Shown here piece after piece: positions 1 through 10,568 of a DNA stretch of 40,000 nucleotides (the first letter of the stretch is position 1; each line of letters begins with the position of its first letter). The DNA comes from Bacillus subtilis subsp. subtilis str. 168. GTDB lineage: Bacteria > Bacillota > Bacilli > Bacillales > Bacillaceae. The translations under genes were made by a program, and so were the position numbers. The DNA lies in NCBI RefSeq assembly GCF_000009045.1, contig NC_000964.3, forward strand, positions 1,323,732 to 1,363,731. Direction: 5' to 3'. The notes under the pieces were generated by a model. The model ran no database searches. It was not told the origin of the DNA and saw only the letters and a list, made by a program, of their open reading frames with translations.

Positions 1-74
1 TAATCGCTTTGCTGTTTCGGGCAAAGCGAACAGAAAAAAACATTGAACAATGGTATAAGGACGACGGGAAGTGA
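1..74 (+). CDS. xkdC: C-terminal end of an upstream PBSX early gene, probably XkdC (DnaC-like helicase loader); truncated by window edge
   Basis: Open frame ATC GCT TTG ... GGG AAG TGA (IALLFRAKRTEKNIEQWYKDDGK*) ending at 72-74 and overlapping the next ORF; identity from gene order only. Confidence 0.5.
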   Translation, partial: IALLFRAKRTEKNIEQWYKDDGK

Positions 75-421
75 AAGTGTTGGCAAAGACAAAACAGGCA
101 GAGAAAAGCCCTGCGCCGTGGCGTGCTGTCCCGTGCGGGGATACGAAACCGATCTATATTTATTCAGCTTACAGTGAAGAAGAAAAAGAAAGATTTCCGT
201 ACTCAAACGGGCGGCTGATTGCAGCTGTATTTGACCTCAGCTCTTATTCGCAAAAAAGCAATGCCTCTTTGATGGCCGCTGCGCCTGAATTGCTGGAAGC
301 GTCTAAAGCAGCACTTGATTTTCTGAAAGGGAATTCTATTCATTCAAAGGAGCGTATCATTCAGCTATTAGAAAAAGCTGAAGCAAGCGCTGCACCGAAA
401 AGGGGAGGAAATAAAACATGA
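71..421 (+). CDS. xkdD: PBSX protein XkdD (small protein of unknown function)
   Basis: 116-aa ORF between the truncated xkdC-like gene and xtrA, overlapping both neighbours by 4 nt; symbol assigned by order. Confidence 0.6.
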   Translation: MKVLAKTKQAEKSPAPWRAVPCGDTKPIYIYSAYSEEEKERFPYSNGRLIAAVFDLSSYSQKSNASLMAAAPELLEASKAALDFLKGNSIHSKERIIQLLEKAEASAAPKRGGNKT

Positions 422-624
422 TTCATCCGAAAAAACTGCTGCATATCGATTCCGTCACGCTTAAGAGCCAGCTGGAGGACGGGAAAATCCGTGTCATTAT
501 TGTGGACGGCATCAAGCAAGAAGCATGGATCACAGAAGCGCCAGAGCATGGAAAAACGCTCGTCGAAACAAGAAAGGGCGATCTTGCTCGTGTGGAATTT
601 GAAATCGGCTACAAATTAAATTAA
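418..624 (+). CDS. xtrA: PBSX protein XtrA (YqaO-like)
   Basis: 68-aa ORF MIHPKKLLHIDSVTLKSQLEDGKIRV..., directly before xpf. Confidence 0.8.
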   Translation: MIHPKKLLHIDSVTLKSQLEDGKIRVIIVDGIKQEAWITEAPEHGKTLVETRKGDLARVEFEIGYKLN

Positions 625-660
625 AGCGAAAACAGAATACGTCCAAGACGGAAAGCCTGC

Positions 661-712
661 GGACACTGATCAACTGCACAGCATTTGTGCGTTGATTGGT
701 GTCCGTTTTTTA
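661..712 (+). terminator. Rho-independent terminator between xtrA and xpf
   Basis: GGACAC..GATCAAC.GCACA / TGTGC.GTTGAT..GTGTCC stem (661-704) followed by a T-rich tract. Confidence 0.8.
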
Positions 713-739
713 TTTGCCAAAAATGAGGAGGATCATAGA

Positions 740-1249
740 ATGCAAGACTTACTATTTGAATATAAACGCACGCTCAAACAAACAAGAATACAATATAAAC
801 CGCTCGCTGAGGCAGATGAATCCGTGCTCTCAGCTGAAGAGCTGAAGGATAAAAAAATCATCAGAAATATGATTACTGATCTTGAATATGTAACAGAATG
901 GCTTGAAAAAGGAAGGCAGCCCGGCATCAGACGGGCGATTGACCGGCGTGATGTTTACCAGCGGCTGATGATCAAGGACCCGAGAATCATCGAATCATTT
1001 TCCAGCGCTATGATGTTTGAGCCGGACGGACAGGTATCAGAAGAAGACAGAGATAGAATTCGAGAAGCATTAGCCCTGTTAACGGACAGAGAAAAGGAAA
1101 TGTTTTTGCTGCATAAGGTAGAATGTTTTTCTTATGAACGGATCGCCGATCTTCTCGGCGTAAAAAAATCGACAGTGCAAACGACGATTAAACGGGCGAG
1201 TTTAAAGATGCAAAGACAGCAGGAAGAAATGAATCGATCACTTGCCTGA
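740..1249 (+). CDS. xpf: Sigma-factor-like positive control factor Xpf, activator of PBSX late genes
   Basis: Sigma-70 region 4-like end (ALLTDREKEMFLLHKVECFSYERIADLLGVKKSTVQTTIKRA). ATG at 740 preceded by GAGGAG; the track TTG start at 692 lies inside the preceding terminator hairpin. Confidence 0.93.
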   Translation: MQDLLFEYKRTLKQTRIQYKPLAEADESVLSAEELKDKKIIRNMITDLEYVTEWLEKGRQPGIRRAIDRRDVYQRLMIKDPRIIESFSSAMMFEPDGQVSEEDRDRIREALALLTDREKEMFLLHKVECFSYERIADLLGVKKSTVQTTIKRASLKMQRQQEEMNRSLA

Positions 1250-1297
1250 AAGCTTGTCATACGTTTGCCACCTATAAGTGAATAGAGCATGACACTA

Positions 1298-1323
1298 AGC
1301 GGCTGGCTGATCAGCCGCTTTTA
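1298..1323 (+). terminator. Stem-loop with short T-run between xpf and xtmA
   Basis: AGCGGCTG-GCTGAT-CAGCCGCT-TTTT, 8-bp perfect arms. Confidence 0.65.
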
Positions 1324-1364
1324 TGAATAAACAACCATGCTGGAGGTGGCGGTGATGCAGTAGC

Positions 1365-2162
1365 ATGAAAACACAACAGCGCGAACAAGCATTAGCAATC
1401 TATCAACAACATCAAGGAAAGATCACAAATCGGGCGATTGCGGACACAATCGGTGTTTCCGCGAAAACAATCGGCATCTGGAAAAAACAAGACAAATGGA
1501 AAGAGGCGCTGTTTTCTGCGTCCAAAAACGAACAAAAACAGCGCCCTATAAACAACGATGAATTAAATGAACGCCAGCGGCTGTTTTGCCTGTATTACGT
1601 CAAAAGCTTCAATGCCACACAGTCAGCAATCAAAGCGGGCTATTCTCCGGACAGCGCTCATGTGACGGGCAGCCGACTCTTAAAAAACGAAAAGGTCGCT
1701 GCTGAAATTAGACGCATTAAAAAAGAAATGGTCAATGAAATGTTTATTGAAGCGATGGATGTGCTGCAGGTTTATATCAAGATCGCGTTTGCGGATATTA
1801 CGGACTATGTGACCTTTGGAAAAAAAGAGGTCCAGGCTGTCGGGAAATCGGGTCCGCTGTTTGATGAAGATGATAATCCGATTATGAAGGAAATCAGCTT
1901 TGTCGATGTCAAAGACTCCGGGCTCGTTGATGGCACCATTGTAACGGAAGCAAAGCTTGGGAAAGAAGGCATTGCCATCAAGCTTGCAGATAAAATGAAG
2001 GCGCTTGAGAAGCTATCCTTATATTTTGATTTGTTTCCAGATCAATTTAAACAAAAAATTGAAAATGAGAAATTGAAGCTTGCCAAACAAAAAGCGGAGA
2101 AAACAGATGACAGCCAGGAGCCGATTGAAATTATGATCAAACGAAAAGAGCGCAAGTCATGA
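1365..2162 (+). CDS. xtmA: Phage terminase small subunit XtmA
   Basis: 265-aa protein with N-terminal HTH ([32 protein letters not shown]) and terminase_2-like core ([37 protein letters not shown]). Confidence 0.95.
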   Translation: MKTQQREQALAIYQQHQGKITNRAIADTIGVSAKTIGIWKKQDKWKEALFSASKNEQKQRPINNDELNERQRLFCLYYVKSFNATQSAIKAGYSPDSAHVTGSRLLKNEKVAAEIRRIKKEMVNEMFIEAMDVLQVYIKIAFADITDYVTFGKKEVQAVGKSGPLFDEDDNPIMKEISFVDVKDSGLVDGTIVTEAKLGKEGIAIKLADKMKALEKLSLYFDLFPDQFKQKIENEKLKLAKQKAEKTDDSQEPIEIMIKRKERKS

Positions 2163-3460
2163 TTGTAAAAGAAATCAACCCTCATTTCGAAGATTACGTG
2201 TTCAATTGGGAGCAGACGTACCAGTTTCTTGTCGGCGGCTACGGCTCATCCAAAAGCTATCATACCGCATTGAAAATCGTGCTAAAGCTGCTGAAGGAAA
2301 AACGGACGGCCCTTGTGATCCGGGAGGTGTTCGATACCCATCGGGATTCGACCTTCGCCTTGTTTCAAGAGGTGATCGAAGAGCTCGGTCTCACAAAGGC
2401 CGTGGCATCTCTTTCTTCCCCGCTGCAGCTGCGATTTCACAATGGCAGCCGGATCATGTTCAAAGGAATGGACAATCCGGCAAAATTAAAATCGGTTCAT
2501 AACATTTCATTAATATGGATTGAAGAGTGCTCAGAGGTGAAGTATGAGGGGTTCAAGGAGTTAATCGGACGTCTTCGCCATCCTGAGCTAAAGCTTCATA
2601 TGATCTGTACCACCAATCCCGTCGGCACCTCCAATTGGACGTATAGGCATTTTTTTCGGGATGAACGCAAGAAACGGTTTGTGCTGGATGACAGCGAACT
2701 TTACGAAAAGCGGACGATTGTAAAGGGAGATACGTATTACCATCATTCCACCGCTAACGACAATCTTTTTCTCCCGGAAAGCTATGTGAAACAGCTTGAC
2801 GGACTCAAAGAGTATGATCCCGACCTGTACCGGATTGCCCGAAAAGGACGATTCGGCGTCAACGGGATCAGGGTGCTGCCGCAGTTCGAGGTACTCCCGC
2901 ATGATCAAGTGAAAAAATGTATCGCAGCCATCAGCAAACCAATCTTTCGTACAGGTATGGATTTTGGATTCGAGGAATCCTATAATGCCGTCGTCCGGCT
3001 TGCTGTAGATCCTGAAAAAAAATACCTCTACATTTATTGGGAGTATTATCAAAATAAAATGACAGATGATAGGACGGCTGAGGAGCTGCGTGAGTTTATT
3101 GAGACACAGGAATTGATCAAAGCCGACTCGGCTGAGCCGAAAAGCATTCAATATTTCCGCCAGCAGGGCTTTCGGATGGTTGGAGCCAGAAAGTTTCCCG
3201 GCTCCAGGCTTCAATATACCAAAAAGGTAAAACGGTTCAAAAAAATCTTCTGTTCGGACCGCTGTGAAAATGTCATCTATGAGCTCGAGACACTTACGTA
3301 TGCCAAAGATAAAAACGGAGCTCTGATTGAGGATGAATTCACGATTGACCCGCATACGCTTTCTGCCATTTGGTATGCGCTTGATGATTATGAGGTTGCT
3401 GATATGAAAGAGACAGCACACAAACGAATGCGGCCGAACCGAGAAAGGAGGAGGTCATAA
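2159..3460 (+). CDS. xtmB: Phage terminase large subunit XtmB
   Basis: 433-aa terminase ATPase/nuclease; Walker-like [24 protein letters not shown]; overlaps xtmA by 4 nt. Confidence 0.95.
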   Translation: MIVKEINPHFEDYVFNWEQTYQFLVGGYGSSKSYHTALKIVLKLLKEKRTALVIREVFDTHRDSTFALFQEVIEELGLTKAVASLSSPLQLRFHNGSRIMFKGMDNPAKLKSVHNISLIWIEECSEVKYEGFKELIGRLRHPELKLHMICTTNPVGTSNWTYRHFFRDERKKRFVLDDSELYEKRTIVKGDTYYHHSTANDNLFLPESYVKQLDGLKEYDPDLYRIARKGRFGVNGIRVLPQFEVLPHDQVKKCIAAISKPIFRTGMDFGFEESYNAVVRLAVDPEKKYLYIYWEYYQNKMTDDRTAEELREFIETQELIKADSAEPKSIQYFRQQGFRMVGARKFPGSRLQYTKKVKRFKKIFCSDRCENVIYELETLTYAKDKNGALIEDEFTIDPHTLSAIWYALDDYEVADMKETAHKRMRPNRERRRS

Positions 3461-3463
3461 ATC

Positions 3464-4951
3464 ATGCACAACCAAACAGTCAGAGCAACTGTATTTAAAG
3501 CCAATGCCGCGGCTCCTCAGACAAAGCAAATCTATGAAGATGACTTTTCTGAGCTGTACGGAGAGGACATTATTGCTCCGCCCTATAATATCATCGAGCT
3601 CAAAACCATTGCCGAATACTCGACCATTCTTCAGCAATGCATTGATGCGTACAGAGTGAATATTACAGGCTTTGGATTCGATGTTGAGTACACATTTGAT
3701 GTCAACGCAAGTGATGTCGATCAGGCAAAAAAGAAAAGAGCGGAAAAAGACTGGGCCAGACTCGAAGCCTTTTATAAATGTCTTCACTTTGATGAATCAG
3801 CTGAAATGATTTTAGGCTATGCCATCGAAGACAGAGAAAAAACAGGCAACGGATTTATGGAAGTGCTTCGCGACGGGGCGGGAAAACCTGCCGGCATCGA
3901 ATATTTAGATGTGAAATATATGCGTGTATGCGGAGCAGGCGAGCCTGTAGAGGTTTCATTTGTATATGAAGAAAACGGGAAAATGAAAAGGATCAAAAGG
4001 CAAAAACGCTTCCGAAAATATGTGCAGATGATCAATGGAAAGAAAGTATTTTTTAAAGAATACGGCGATCCGCGAAAAATGGATATTCGCACAGGTGAAT
4101 ATGTAAACACATTGGCAGAGAAGTATCAAGCAAATGAAGCCATTCACCTCAAAATCGGAAGCGGCGTATACGGTGTACCCCGCTGGATCGGCAATATTGT
4201 CAATTTATACGGGGCCCGAAAAGCAGAAGAGCTCAATTTTATGTATTTTAAGCAGGGGCGTCACGTCCCCGCTGCGATTACAGTGGAAAACGGGATGCTG
4301 TCTGAAGCTTCTTACCGGGAGCTGCAGGAATACATGAATGATCTTGAAGGCGTGGAGAACGCCCATAAATTTCTCCTGATCGAAGCGGAAGGAATCGCAA
4401 AAGAAAAGGATCTCCACGGAGGCGAGGATATTACGCCGGTTTCCGTGGAAATCAAATCTTTGGCTGAAATTCTCCAAAACGACGCCTTGTTTCTTGAATA
4501 CGATGAAAAAAGCAGAAATAAGCTGCGTTCCGCGTTCCGTCTCCCCCCGCTGTATACAGGCGAGGCCCAGGAATACAACCGGGCGACAGCGGATACTGCT
4601 AGAAAAATTACGGAGGAGCAGGTTTTTCAGCCGGAGCGAAAAACTCTCGTGAATAAACTGAACACGCTGCTTTTGCCGGAGCTGAATATCCATGACGTCA
4701 GGCTGACATTAAAAGGACCGGACTTTCGTGATCCGCTTGAGATTGCGAAGGTGCTCGGTCCTTTTATTACAGCCGGAGCAGTCTCGCCGAATGATTTACG
4801 CGACCTTGCCGGACGGGTGCTTGGCAAAACACTTGAGGAGTGGCCGGAGGACATTTATAAACGGCCTGCAGGACAGGATGCGGAAAAGACAAACCTGGCT
4901 GCGCTCATGCAGGAGCTGAAAGAAAGCATCGAAGATATCAAAACGTCCTGA
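3464..4951 (+). CDS. xkdE: Phage portal protein XkdE
   Basis: 495-aa phage portal family (LPPLYTGEAQEYNRATADTARKITEEQVFQPERK), next to the large terminase. Confidence 0.93.
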   Translation: MHNQTVRATVFKANAAAPQTKQIYEDDFSELYGEDIIAPPYNIIELKTIAEYSTILQQCIDAYRVNITGFGFDVEYTFDVNASDVDQAKKKRAEKDWARLEAFYKCLHFDESAEMILGYAIEDREKTGNGFMEVLRDGAGKPAGIEYLDVKYMRVCGAGEPVEVSFVYEENGKMKRIKRQKRFRKYVQMINGKKVFFKEYGDPRKMDIRTGEYVNTLAEKYQANEAIHLKIGSGVYGVPRWIGNIVNLYGARKAEELNFMYFKQGRHVPAAITVENGMLSEASYRELQEYMNDLEGVENAHKFLLIEAEGIAKEKDLHGGEDITPVSVEIKSLAEILQNDALFLEYDEKSRNKLRSAFRLPPLYTGEAQEYNRATADTARKITEEQVFQPERKTLVNKLNTLLLPELNIHDVRLTLKGPDFRDPLEIAKVLGPFITAGAVSPNDLRDLAGRVLGKTLEEWPEDIYKRPAGQDAEKTNLAALMQELKESIEDIKTS

Positions 4952-4970
4952 AGGGAGGTGAATCAAGCAG

Positions 4971-5798
4971 GTGGCGCGAGAATTAAGAAATGCCAAAATC
5001 AGCTTTGTCAGTTATGTGGACAAGGCGGCTAACCAGACAGAATTTTTCTTTACGAAGTCAGCCGAACCTCCGTCATTTGAAAAAAAGGTTCGGCTGTTTA
5101 CAAAAAGTGAGCAGGATGAACAAAAGCTCGTGTACGGAATCGTGTATGAGCCTGATGTTCCTGATGCCCACGGCGATTTTATGACCGCCGAGGAAATTGA
5201 AAAAGCGGCGCACGGTTTTCTCGCGGAGGCACGGGAGATTGATATCAATCACAGCTTTGAGGGCGGAACCGGCGTCGTGGTCGAGTCCTATGTGGCGCCC
5301 GATGATTTTATGATCGGATCAAAGCGGATTACAAAGGGCTCATGGGTACTCGTGACAAGAGCGTCTGACGAGGTGTGGGAACAGATTAAGGCTGGAATTA
5401 TCACCGGCTACAGCATGGCTGGCACTGCAGATGTGTATGAAGAAGAACCGGTCGAAAAAGCAGGGTTCTTTAGTGTATTCAAGCAAATGCTTGCTGACAA
5501 AACAGGGAAGGAGACTGAAGAAATGAGAAAAGAAGACATGAAAGAATCATTCGAGCATGCGCTTTACCCTCTGCTCAAACGGCTTGAGCGGATTGAAAAA
5601 AACACAGACACGGAGGAAAAGCCGGAGCAGACGGGTGATGACGAGCGTCTGAAAAAGCTCGTTGAAGACATGCTTGCCCCGCTGATCGAACGCATCGAGG
5701 CTTTGGAAAAAGCGCGAGGCGCGTCTAAGCAGACAGCGGACGATACGGGCGGCAATACAGAGCAAGTCAAAAAATCAATCTGGAGCGGACTGCTGTAA
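4971..5798 (+). CDS. xkdF: PBSX protein XkdF, putative head maturation protease/scaffold region protein
   Basis: 275-aa ORF between portal and capsid genes; [29 protein letters not shown] motif typical of XkdF-like domain. Confidence 0.88.
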   Translation: MARELRNAKISFVSYVDKAANQTEFFFTKSAEPPSFEKKVRLFTKSEQDEQKLVYGIVYEPDVPDAHGDFMTAEEIEKAAHGFLAEAREIDINHSFEGGTGVVVESYVAPDDFMIGSKRITKGSWVLVTRASDEVWEQIKAGIITGYSMAGTADVYEEEPVEKAGFFSVFKQMLADKTGKETEEMRKEDMKESFEHALYPLLKRLERIEKNTDTEEKPEQTGDDERLKKLVEDMLAPLIERIEALEKARGASKQTADDTGGNTEQVKKSIWSGLL

Positions 5799-5823
5799 AA
5801 CCAGTCAAGGAGGAGGAAATCAA

Positions 5824-6759
5824 TTGAGAAATCAAGAGATCATTCGGAAAGCGGAAATGTCGCTTTCTGCTTTAAAAAGCGGCGGGCTTATGAACCCTGC
5901 GCAAGCATCGGCTTTTATCCGCATGGTGCAAAACACGCCGACCATTTTCAGTGAATCCCGCGTGATTCAAATGGAAAACGATTCGCAAAAATTTGAAAAA
6001 ATCGGCTTCGGCCAGCGTATTCTGCGGGCTGCGCAAGAAGGAAAAGCACTGTCAAACGACGAGCTGACAGTTCCAACGACAAGCACTGTCCAGCTGAACA
6101 CGAAGGAAGTCATTGCGGAAATCAACATTACGTATGACACACTTGAAAACAATATTGAAAAAGACGGCCTGCAGCAGACAATCATGCAAATTTTAGCAGA
6201 GCGCGCAGCAGTTGATATTGAAGAGCTGATCGTTAACGGCGATACAGCATCAGCTGATCCGTATCTGGCACAGCTGGACGGCATCCGTAAACAGGCGGTT
6301 TCCCATATCGTTGACATGAACGGTGAAGAACTGTCCAGAGCGACATTCAAGAAGGGCTTAAAGGCAGTTCCGCCGAAATATTTGCGCATCCCTCAGGAAT
6401 TCAGATTCTATACGTCTCACGGCTTAGAAGTTGAATGGAAGGACCGCGTGGCAGACCGCCAGACAAACCTTGGGGACCAAGCTGTTCAGGGCGGCTTGTC
6501 AACAGCATTCGGCGTACCGGTCAAAGGGGTATCCAATATTCAGCCGTACACAGTCGGTGAGGGAGACGCGCAATATGACGCTTCTGATATCATTCTCACA
6601 CATCCGAAAAATATCATTCTCGGCTTCTCCCGCAATATCCGAATTGAAGTCGACAAAGACATCCGCTCCCGTAAATTCATTATTGTCTTAACGGCCAAGC
6701 TGGACAGCAAGTTCGAGGAAGAGGATGCCTGCGCGAAATTAATTAACGTAAAAGAATAA
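5824..6759 (+). CDS. xkdG: Major capsid protein XkdG
   Basis: 311-aa protein in capsid position; HK97-type capsid-like content; preceded by AGGAGG. Confidence 0.92.
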
Positions 6760-6780
6760 TAGAAACGAGGTGGTCAGCTC

Positions 6781-7164
6781 ATGCTCATTGAACCGACTGA
6801 CGTAGCTTCCTATTCGGTCTATGATCGGGTGAAAAACAGGCCGGAAGAGCTGCTGGCGCAGGATATCATCGAGGCGGAAGCAGAAGCGGCTCTCATCACG
6901 GGCCACCGCTTTGAAGACAGCTTGTATGATCCGCTGCCCGGCAAGGTGAAGTTGGCTTTAGTAAAGCTTGCCCAGTATTTTGCGCTTGTCAACAGCGATG
7001 AATCTGCCTCATCAAGCTATCAGTATGAGAAAATGGGGGATTATTCCTACACGGTTTCCGGAGAAGGCAGGATTCAGCGGCCTGAGGTGTATCATTTGCT
7101 CGAAGAGTTTATTAAGCCGGGCTACGTCCCTGAATCCTCCAGACTGAAGGTGAGATCTTTATGA
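6781..7164 (+). CDS. Head-tail connector-type protein (YqbG-like)
   Basis: 127-aa ORF directly after the capsid gene: LAQDIIEAEAEAALITGHRFED... LVKLAQYFALVNSDES. Confidence 0.8.
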   Translation: MLIEPTDVASYSVYDRVKNRPEELLAQDIIEAEAEAALITGHRFEDSLYDPLPGKVKLALVKLAQYFALVNSDESASSSYQYEKMGDYSYTVSGEGRIQRPEVYHLLEEFIKPGYVPESSRLKVRSL

Positions 7165-7517
7165 GCTACAGGCAGATGCTCATTCACCGCTGCGATATTT
7201 ATCATGAAGCAGCGCAAGCGCCGTCTGCAGGCCGATTTGGGATTCCGGCAGACAGGCTGCAGCCGGTGATTTCATATCCGGATACACCCGATGAACAAGA
7301 TGTCCCTTGTTATTTTACCGAAAAAACACAGCAGCTGATTCAGGAGGAGCCGGATCAAACTGTATATCATAGCTTTCTCGTCCATTTTCCGTTGTCAGCG
7401 GACATCCGCGTGAACGATAAAATCATTTGGGAGAATCATAAATATATACTAAAGCTGCCGAAAAGGATCAGACATCATCATTGGGAGGTCGTCGCAGTCA
7501 GGGATGAAAGCCTATGA
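7161..7517 (+). CDS. xkdH: Head-tail completion protein XkdH (YqbH-like)
   Basis: 118-aa ORF; overlaps neighbours by 4 nt; conserved gene order. Confidence 0.8.
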   Translation: MSYRQMLIHRCDIYHEAAQAPSAGRFGIPADRLQPVISYPDTPDEQDVPCYFTEKTQQLIQEEPDQTVYHSFLVHFPLSADIRVNDKIIWENHKYILKLPKRIRHHHWEVVAVRDESL

Positions 7518-7999
7518 AAATAGCGGGATTGAAACAGCTGAACACGGCATTAAAAGAAGCGGCTTCAGGCGGTTTTTCCAGACAGGCGTCCCGGTGGCTT
7601 GAGGAGTGCGGGCAAGATTTTCTAGAGATCGTCCAATCTGAACTCATCAGCACACAAACGATTGATACAGAAAAACTGCTCAGTTCCTTTGAGAAAGGCG
7701 CAGAGGACAATCTCTGGATTGTGCAAAGCGGCGGGCTTTCGCTTGAGGTGGGGACACAGCTTGATTACGCCTCATTTCTTAATGACGGCCATTGGACGTC
7801 AAAACAAGATGTGAGATGGGTGCCGGGGCGTTTTCAAGGCTCACGGTTTATTTATGATCCAGCGGCTTCAACGGGAATGGCGCTCAAGAGAAAATGGATA
7901 CCGGGCACGGGCTACTGGGATCATGCACTGCTTTTATATGAACAGCTGTTTGAAAAATCGCTGGAAAGCAAACTGCGCCAGTGGCTGAAGAAGCTGTAA
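7514..7999 (+). CDS. xkdI: PBSX protein XkdI (tail completion, HK97 gp10-like)
   Basis: 161-aa ORF MKIAGLKQLNTALKEA..., gp10-like position. Confidence 0.8.
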   Translation: MKIAGLKQLNTALKEAASGGFSRQASRWLEECGQDFLEIVQSELISTQTIDTEKLLSSFEKGAEDNLWIVQSGGLSLEVGTQLDYASFLNDGHWTSKQDVRWVPGRFQGSRFIYDPAASTGMALKRKWIPGTGYWDHALLLYEQLFEKSLESKLRQWLKKL

Positions 8000-8011
8000 A
8001 GGAGGAGCAGG

Positions 8012-8452
8012 ATGAACAGTGAAACAGGATCGATCATGGCGTTTTTGTACAGCCGGTGGTCTGTTCCCATTTATGAACGCGAGCTTCCTGATCACTTTCA
8101 GGTGCCGTCGTTATATGTCCCGCCACCATCTGTTTTCGAGGAAACAGATACGGTCTCCACATTTAAAAAAACCTACAGTCTCAATGTGAAACTGTTTCAT
8201 CTGGACTCCGTTCAGGCGCTGGATGAAGCGGACAGGCTCGCGGATGCCATCAGAGAAGCGAGAAATATGATTCCGCTGCTGAGTGAATCCGGCGAGAAGA
8301 CGGGGGATATGGTTCGCATCTCCCAAATCGAGACAAGGGTAGGGGACAGGGGCGAGGCGGCCATGGTGATCAGGTGGAGCAGCAGATATTATTATCACAA
8401 AACAGAACAGCCTGTCTTACAGGATATCGACATGAACAGCGGGGTGAAATAA
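8012..8452 (+). CDS. xkdJ: PBSX protein XkdJ (tail terminator-type)
   Basis: 146-aa ORF preceded by AAAGGAGGAG; position just upstream of the sheath gene. Confidence 0.8.
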   Translation: MNSETGSIMAFLYSRWSVPIYERELPDHFQVPSLYVPPPSVFEETDTVSTFKKTYSLNVKLFHLDSVQALDEADRLADAIREARNMIPLLSESGEKTGDMVRISQIETRVGDRGEAAMVIRWSSRYYYHKTEQPVLQDIDMNSGVK

Positions 8453-8455
8453 ACG

Positions 8456-8674
8456 GTGTCAAAGGACAAACAACAGAAGAAGGCTGTACATACAAAGAGC
8501 CGGGAAGCTCTATTTGATACAGCGGATTTGATTAAGCACGCGAAGGAACTGTTCGGCGTTAAGCCGGATATTCTTCAGGGGGCTTTATTTGGCGTGGATC
8601 AACCACGTATGACGAAATCAGAAGCCAACCAATTGATTCAAACATTTCTAACCAAGGAGGTCATGTCATCATGA
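8456..8674 (+). CDS. Small conserved PBSX protein between xkdJ and xkdK
   Basis: 72-aa ORF MSKDKQQKKAVHTKSREALFDTADL..., ATGA overlap with xkdK. Confidence 0.75.
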   Translation: MSKDKQQKKAVHTKSREALFDTADLIKHAKELFGVKPDILQGALFGVDQPRMTKSEANQLIQTFLTKEVMSS

Positions 8675-10071
8675 ATGGCGGAACATTTACAACAGGCAAA
8701 GAAAAAGAACGTGCAGGCATTTATTTTAACTTTAAAACGACGGCACAGGAGCGGGTATCACTCAGTGAACGGGGAACAGTCGCACTTCCGGTCGCCTCAA
8801 GCTGGGGCGAAGCGAAAACGTTCGTCTCCATTTCCAGCGTTGAAGACCTAAACAAAAAAGTGGGCCTCAGCATTGATGACCCGTCTTTATTGCTGCTGCG
8901 TGAAGCGAAGAAAAATGCGAAAACGGTATTGATGTACCGTCTAACCGAAGGTGTCCGAGCGTCTGCTGATATTGCTGAAGGCGTCAAAGCAACTGCAGTA
9001 TATGGCGGAACAAAAGGAAATGACATTATCATCCGCATCAATCAAAATGTGCTGGATGCTAATTCTTTCGATGTGACAACATATATGGACGAATCAGAGG
9101 TTGATAAACAGACTGTCAAAAAGGCTGAAGAATTAACAGCTAACGGCTATGTCACTTTTACCGGAACAGGCGATCTTTCTTCAACGATTCCTCTCACTGG
9201 ATCAGAAGGAGACACTGCAGCTGAGACGCTGAATGCATCCGCGGGCATCCGTTTATCCGGCGGTACGGATAAAGCCCCTGTCAACTCCGACTATACAGAT
9301 TTCTTAGCCGCGGCTGAAACGGAGAGCTTTGATGTGATTGCGCTGCCTGTTGCAGAAGGTGACCAGTTGAAAGCGACGTTTGCTGCTTTCATTAAACGCC
9401 TGCGCGACGGCCAAGGACAAAAAGTGCAAGGCGTCACAGCCAATTATGCCGGTGATTATGAAGGCATCATCAACGTAACCGAGGGTGTGCTGCTTGAAGA
9501 TGGCACGGAAGTTACACCGGACAAAGCAACAGCTTGGGTAGCTGGAGCGAGTGCAGGAGCAACCTTTAACCAATCACTTACATTTGTAGAGTACGAAGGC
9601 GCAGTTGATGTGTTACACCGCCTTGACCACGATACGATTGTTGAACGTCTGGGTAAAGGTGAATTTTTATTCACATTCGACGCCCGTGATAAATCCGTCA
9701 GCGTAGAAAAGGATATTAACTCACTCGTGACGTTCACAGCTGAGAAAAACAAGAAATTTGCGAAGAACAAAATCGTTCGTGTCCTGGATGCTGTGAATAA
9801 TGATTTAACACGCGAGCTGAAAGCCTTAATTAAATCAAGAAAAGGCAGCGGAAGCGATATCCCGGCATCTGAAGACGGACTGCAGTATGTAAAAACGATG
9901 ATCACACAATACATGACAACGCTTCAGGACGCAGGCGGCATCACTGGCTTTGATTCCGATGAAGATATCACAATTTCAATGAATGAAGATCGTGACGGCT
10001 TCTTGATTGACCTGGCTGTACAGCCTGTCGACGCAGCAGAAAAATTCTACTTTAATGTGGAGGTAAACTAA
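8671..10071 (+). CDS. xkdK: Contractile tail sheath protein XkdK
   Basis: 466-aa sheath family protein: SSWGEAKTFVSISSVEDLNKKVG, IRIVRVLDAVNNDLTRELK-like C-terminus. Confidence 0.95.
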   Translation: MNGGTFTTGKEKERAGIYFNFKTTAQERVSLSERGTVALPVASSWGEAKTFVSISSVEDLNKKVGLSIDDPSLLLLREAKKNAKTVLMYRLTEGVRASADIAEGVKATAVYGGTKGNDIIIRINQNVLDANSFDVTTYMDESEVDKQTVKKAEELTANGYVTFTGTGDLSSTIPLTGSEGDTAAETLNASAGIRLSGGTDKAPVNSDYTDFLAAAETESFDVIALPVAEGDQLKATFAAFIKRLRDGQGQKVQGVTANYAGDYEGIINVTEGVLLEDGTEVTPDKATAWVAGASAGATFNQSLTFVEYEGAVDVLHRLDHDTIVERLGKGEFLFTFDARDKSVSVEKDINSLVTFTAEKNKKFAKNKIVRVLDAVNNDLTRELKALIKSRKGSGSDIPASEDGLQYVKTMITQYMTTLQDAGGITGFDSDEDITISMNEDRDGFLIDLAVQPVDAAEKFYFNVEVN

Positions 10072-10072
10072 T

Positions 10073-10516
10073 ATGGCATTAAAAGCACAAAACACAATCT
10101 CAGGAAAAGAAGGCCGTTTATTCCTCGATGGTGAGGAAATGGCACACATCAAAACTTTTGAAGCAAACGTCGAGAAAAACAAGTCTGAAGTCAACATTAT
10201 GGGCCGCCGCATGACAGGCCATAAAACAACAGGGGCAAATGGAACAGGGACCGCGACGTTCTACAAAGTCACATCAAAATTCGTGCTATTGATGATGGAC
10301 TATGTCAAAAAAGGCAGCGACCCTTATTTCACGCTCCAAGCTGTGCTGGATGATCAATCCTCCGGCCGGGGCACAGAGCGAGTCACGCTGTACGACGTCA
10401 ACTTTGACTCTGCCAAAATCGCAAGCCTTGATGTCGATTCAGAAGCGTTAGAGGAAGAAGTTCCATTTACATTCGAAGACTTCGACGTCCCTGAAAAGCT
10501 ATCTGACACGTTTTAA
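10073..10516 (+). CDS. xkdM: Tail tube protein XkdM
   Basis: 147-aa ORF directly after the sheath gene; NTISGKEGRLFLDGEEMAHIKTFEANVEKNKSEVNIMGRRMTGHK. Confidence 0.95.
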   Translation: MALKAQNTISGKEGRLFLDGEEMAHIKTFEANVEKNKSEVNIMGRRMTGHKTTGANGTGTATFYKVTSKFVLLMMDYVKKGSDPYFTLQAVLDDQSSGRGTERVTLYDVNFDSAKIASLDVDSEALEEEVPFTFEDFDVPEKLSDTF

Positions 10517-10539
10517 TCAAAGCTGAATCAGCCCATACG

Positions 10540-10568
10540 CAGACCTTTCTCAGAAAGGTCTGTTTTTT
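10540..10568 (+). terminator. Rho-independent terminator downstream of xkdM
   Basis: CAGACCTTT-CTCAG-AAAGGTCTG followed by TTTTTT. Confidence 0.85.

Noticed and set aside
692-739. Track start (TTG 692) for xpf
   Set aside because: Falls in the loop/stem of the xtrA terminator; ATG 740 has a proper GAGGAG RBS.
2588-3421. 277-aa antisense ORF opposite xtmB
   Set aside because: Shadow ORF of a strongly supported terminase gene, no RBS and no recognisable domain.
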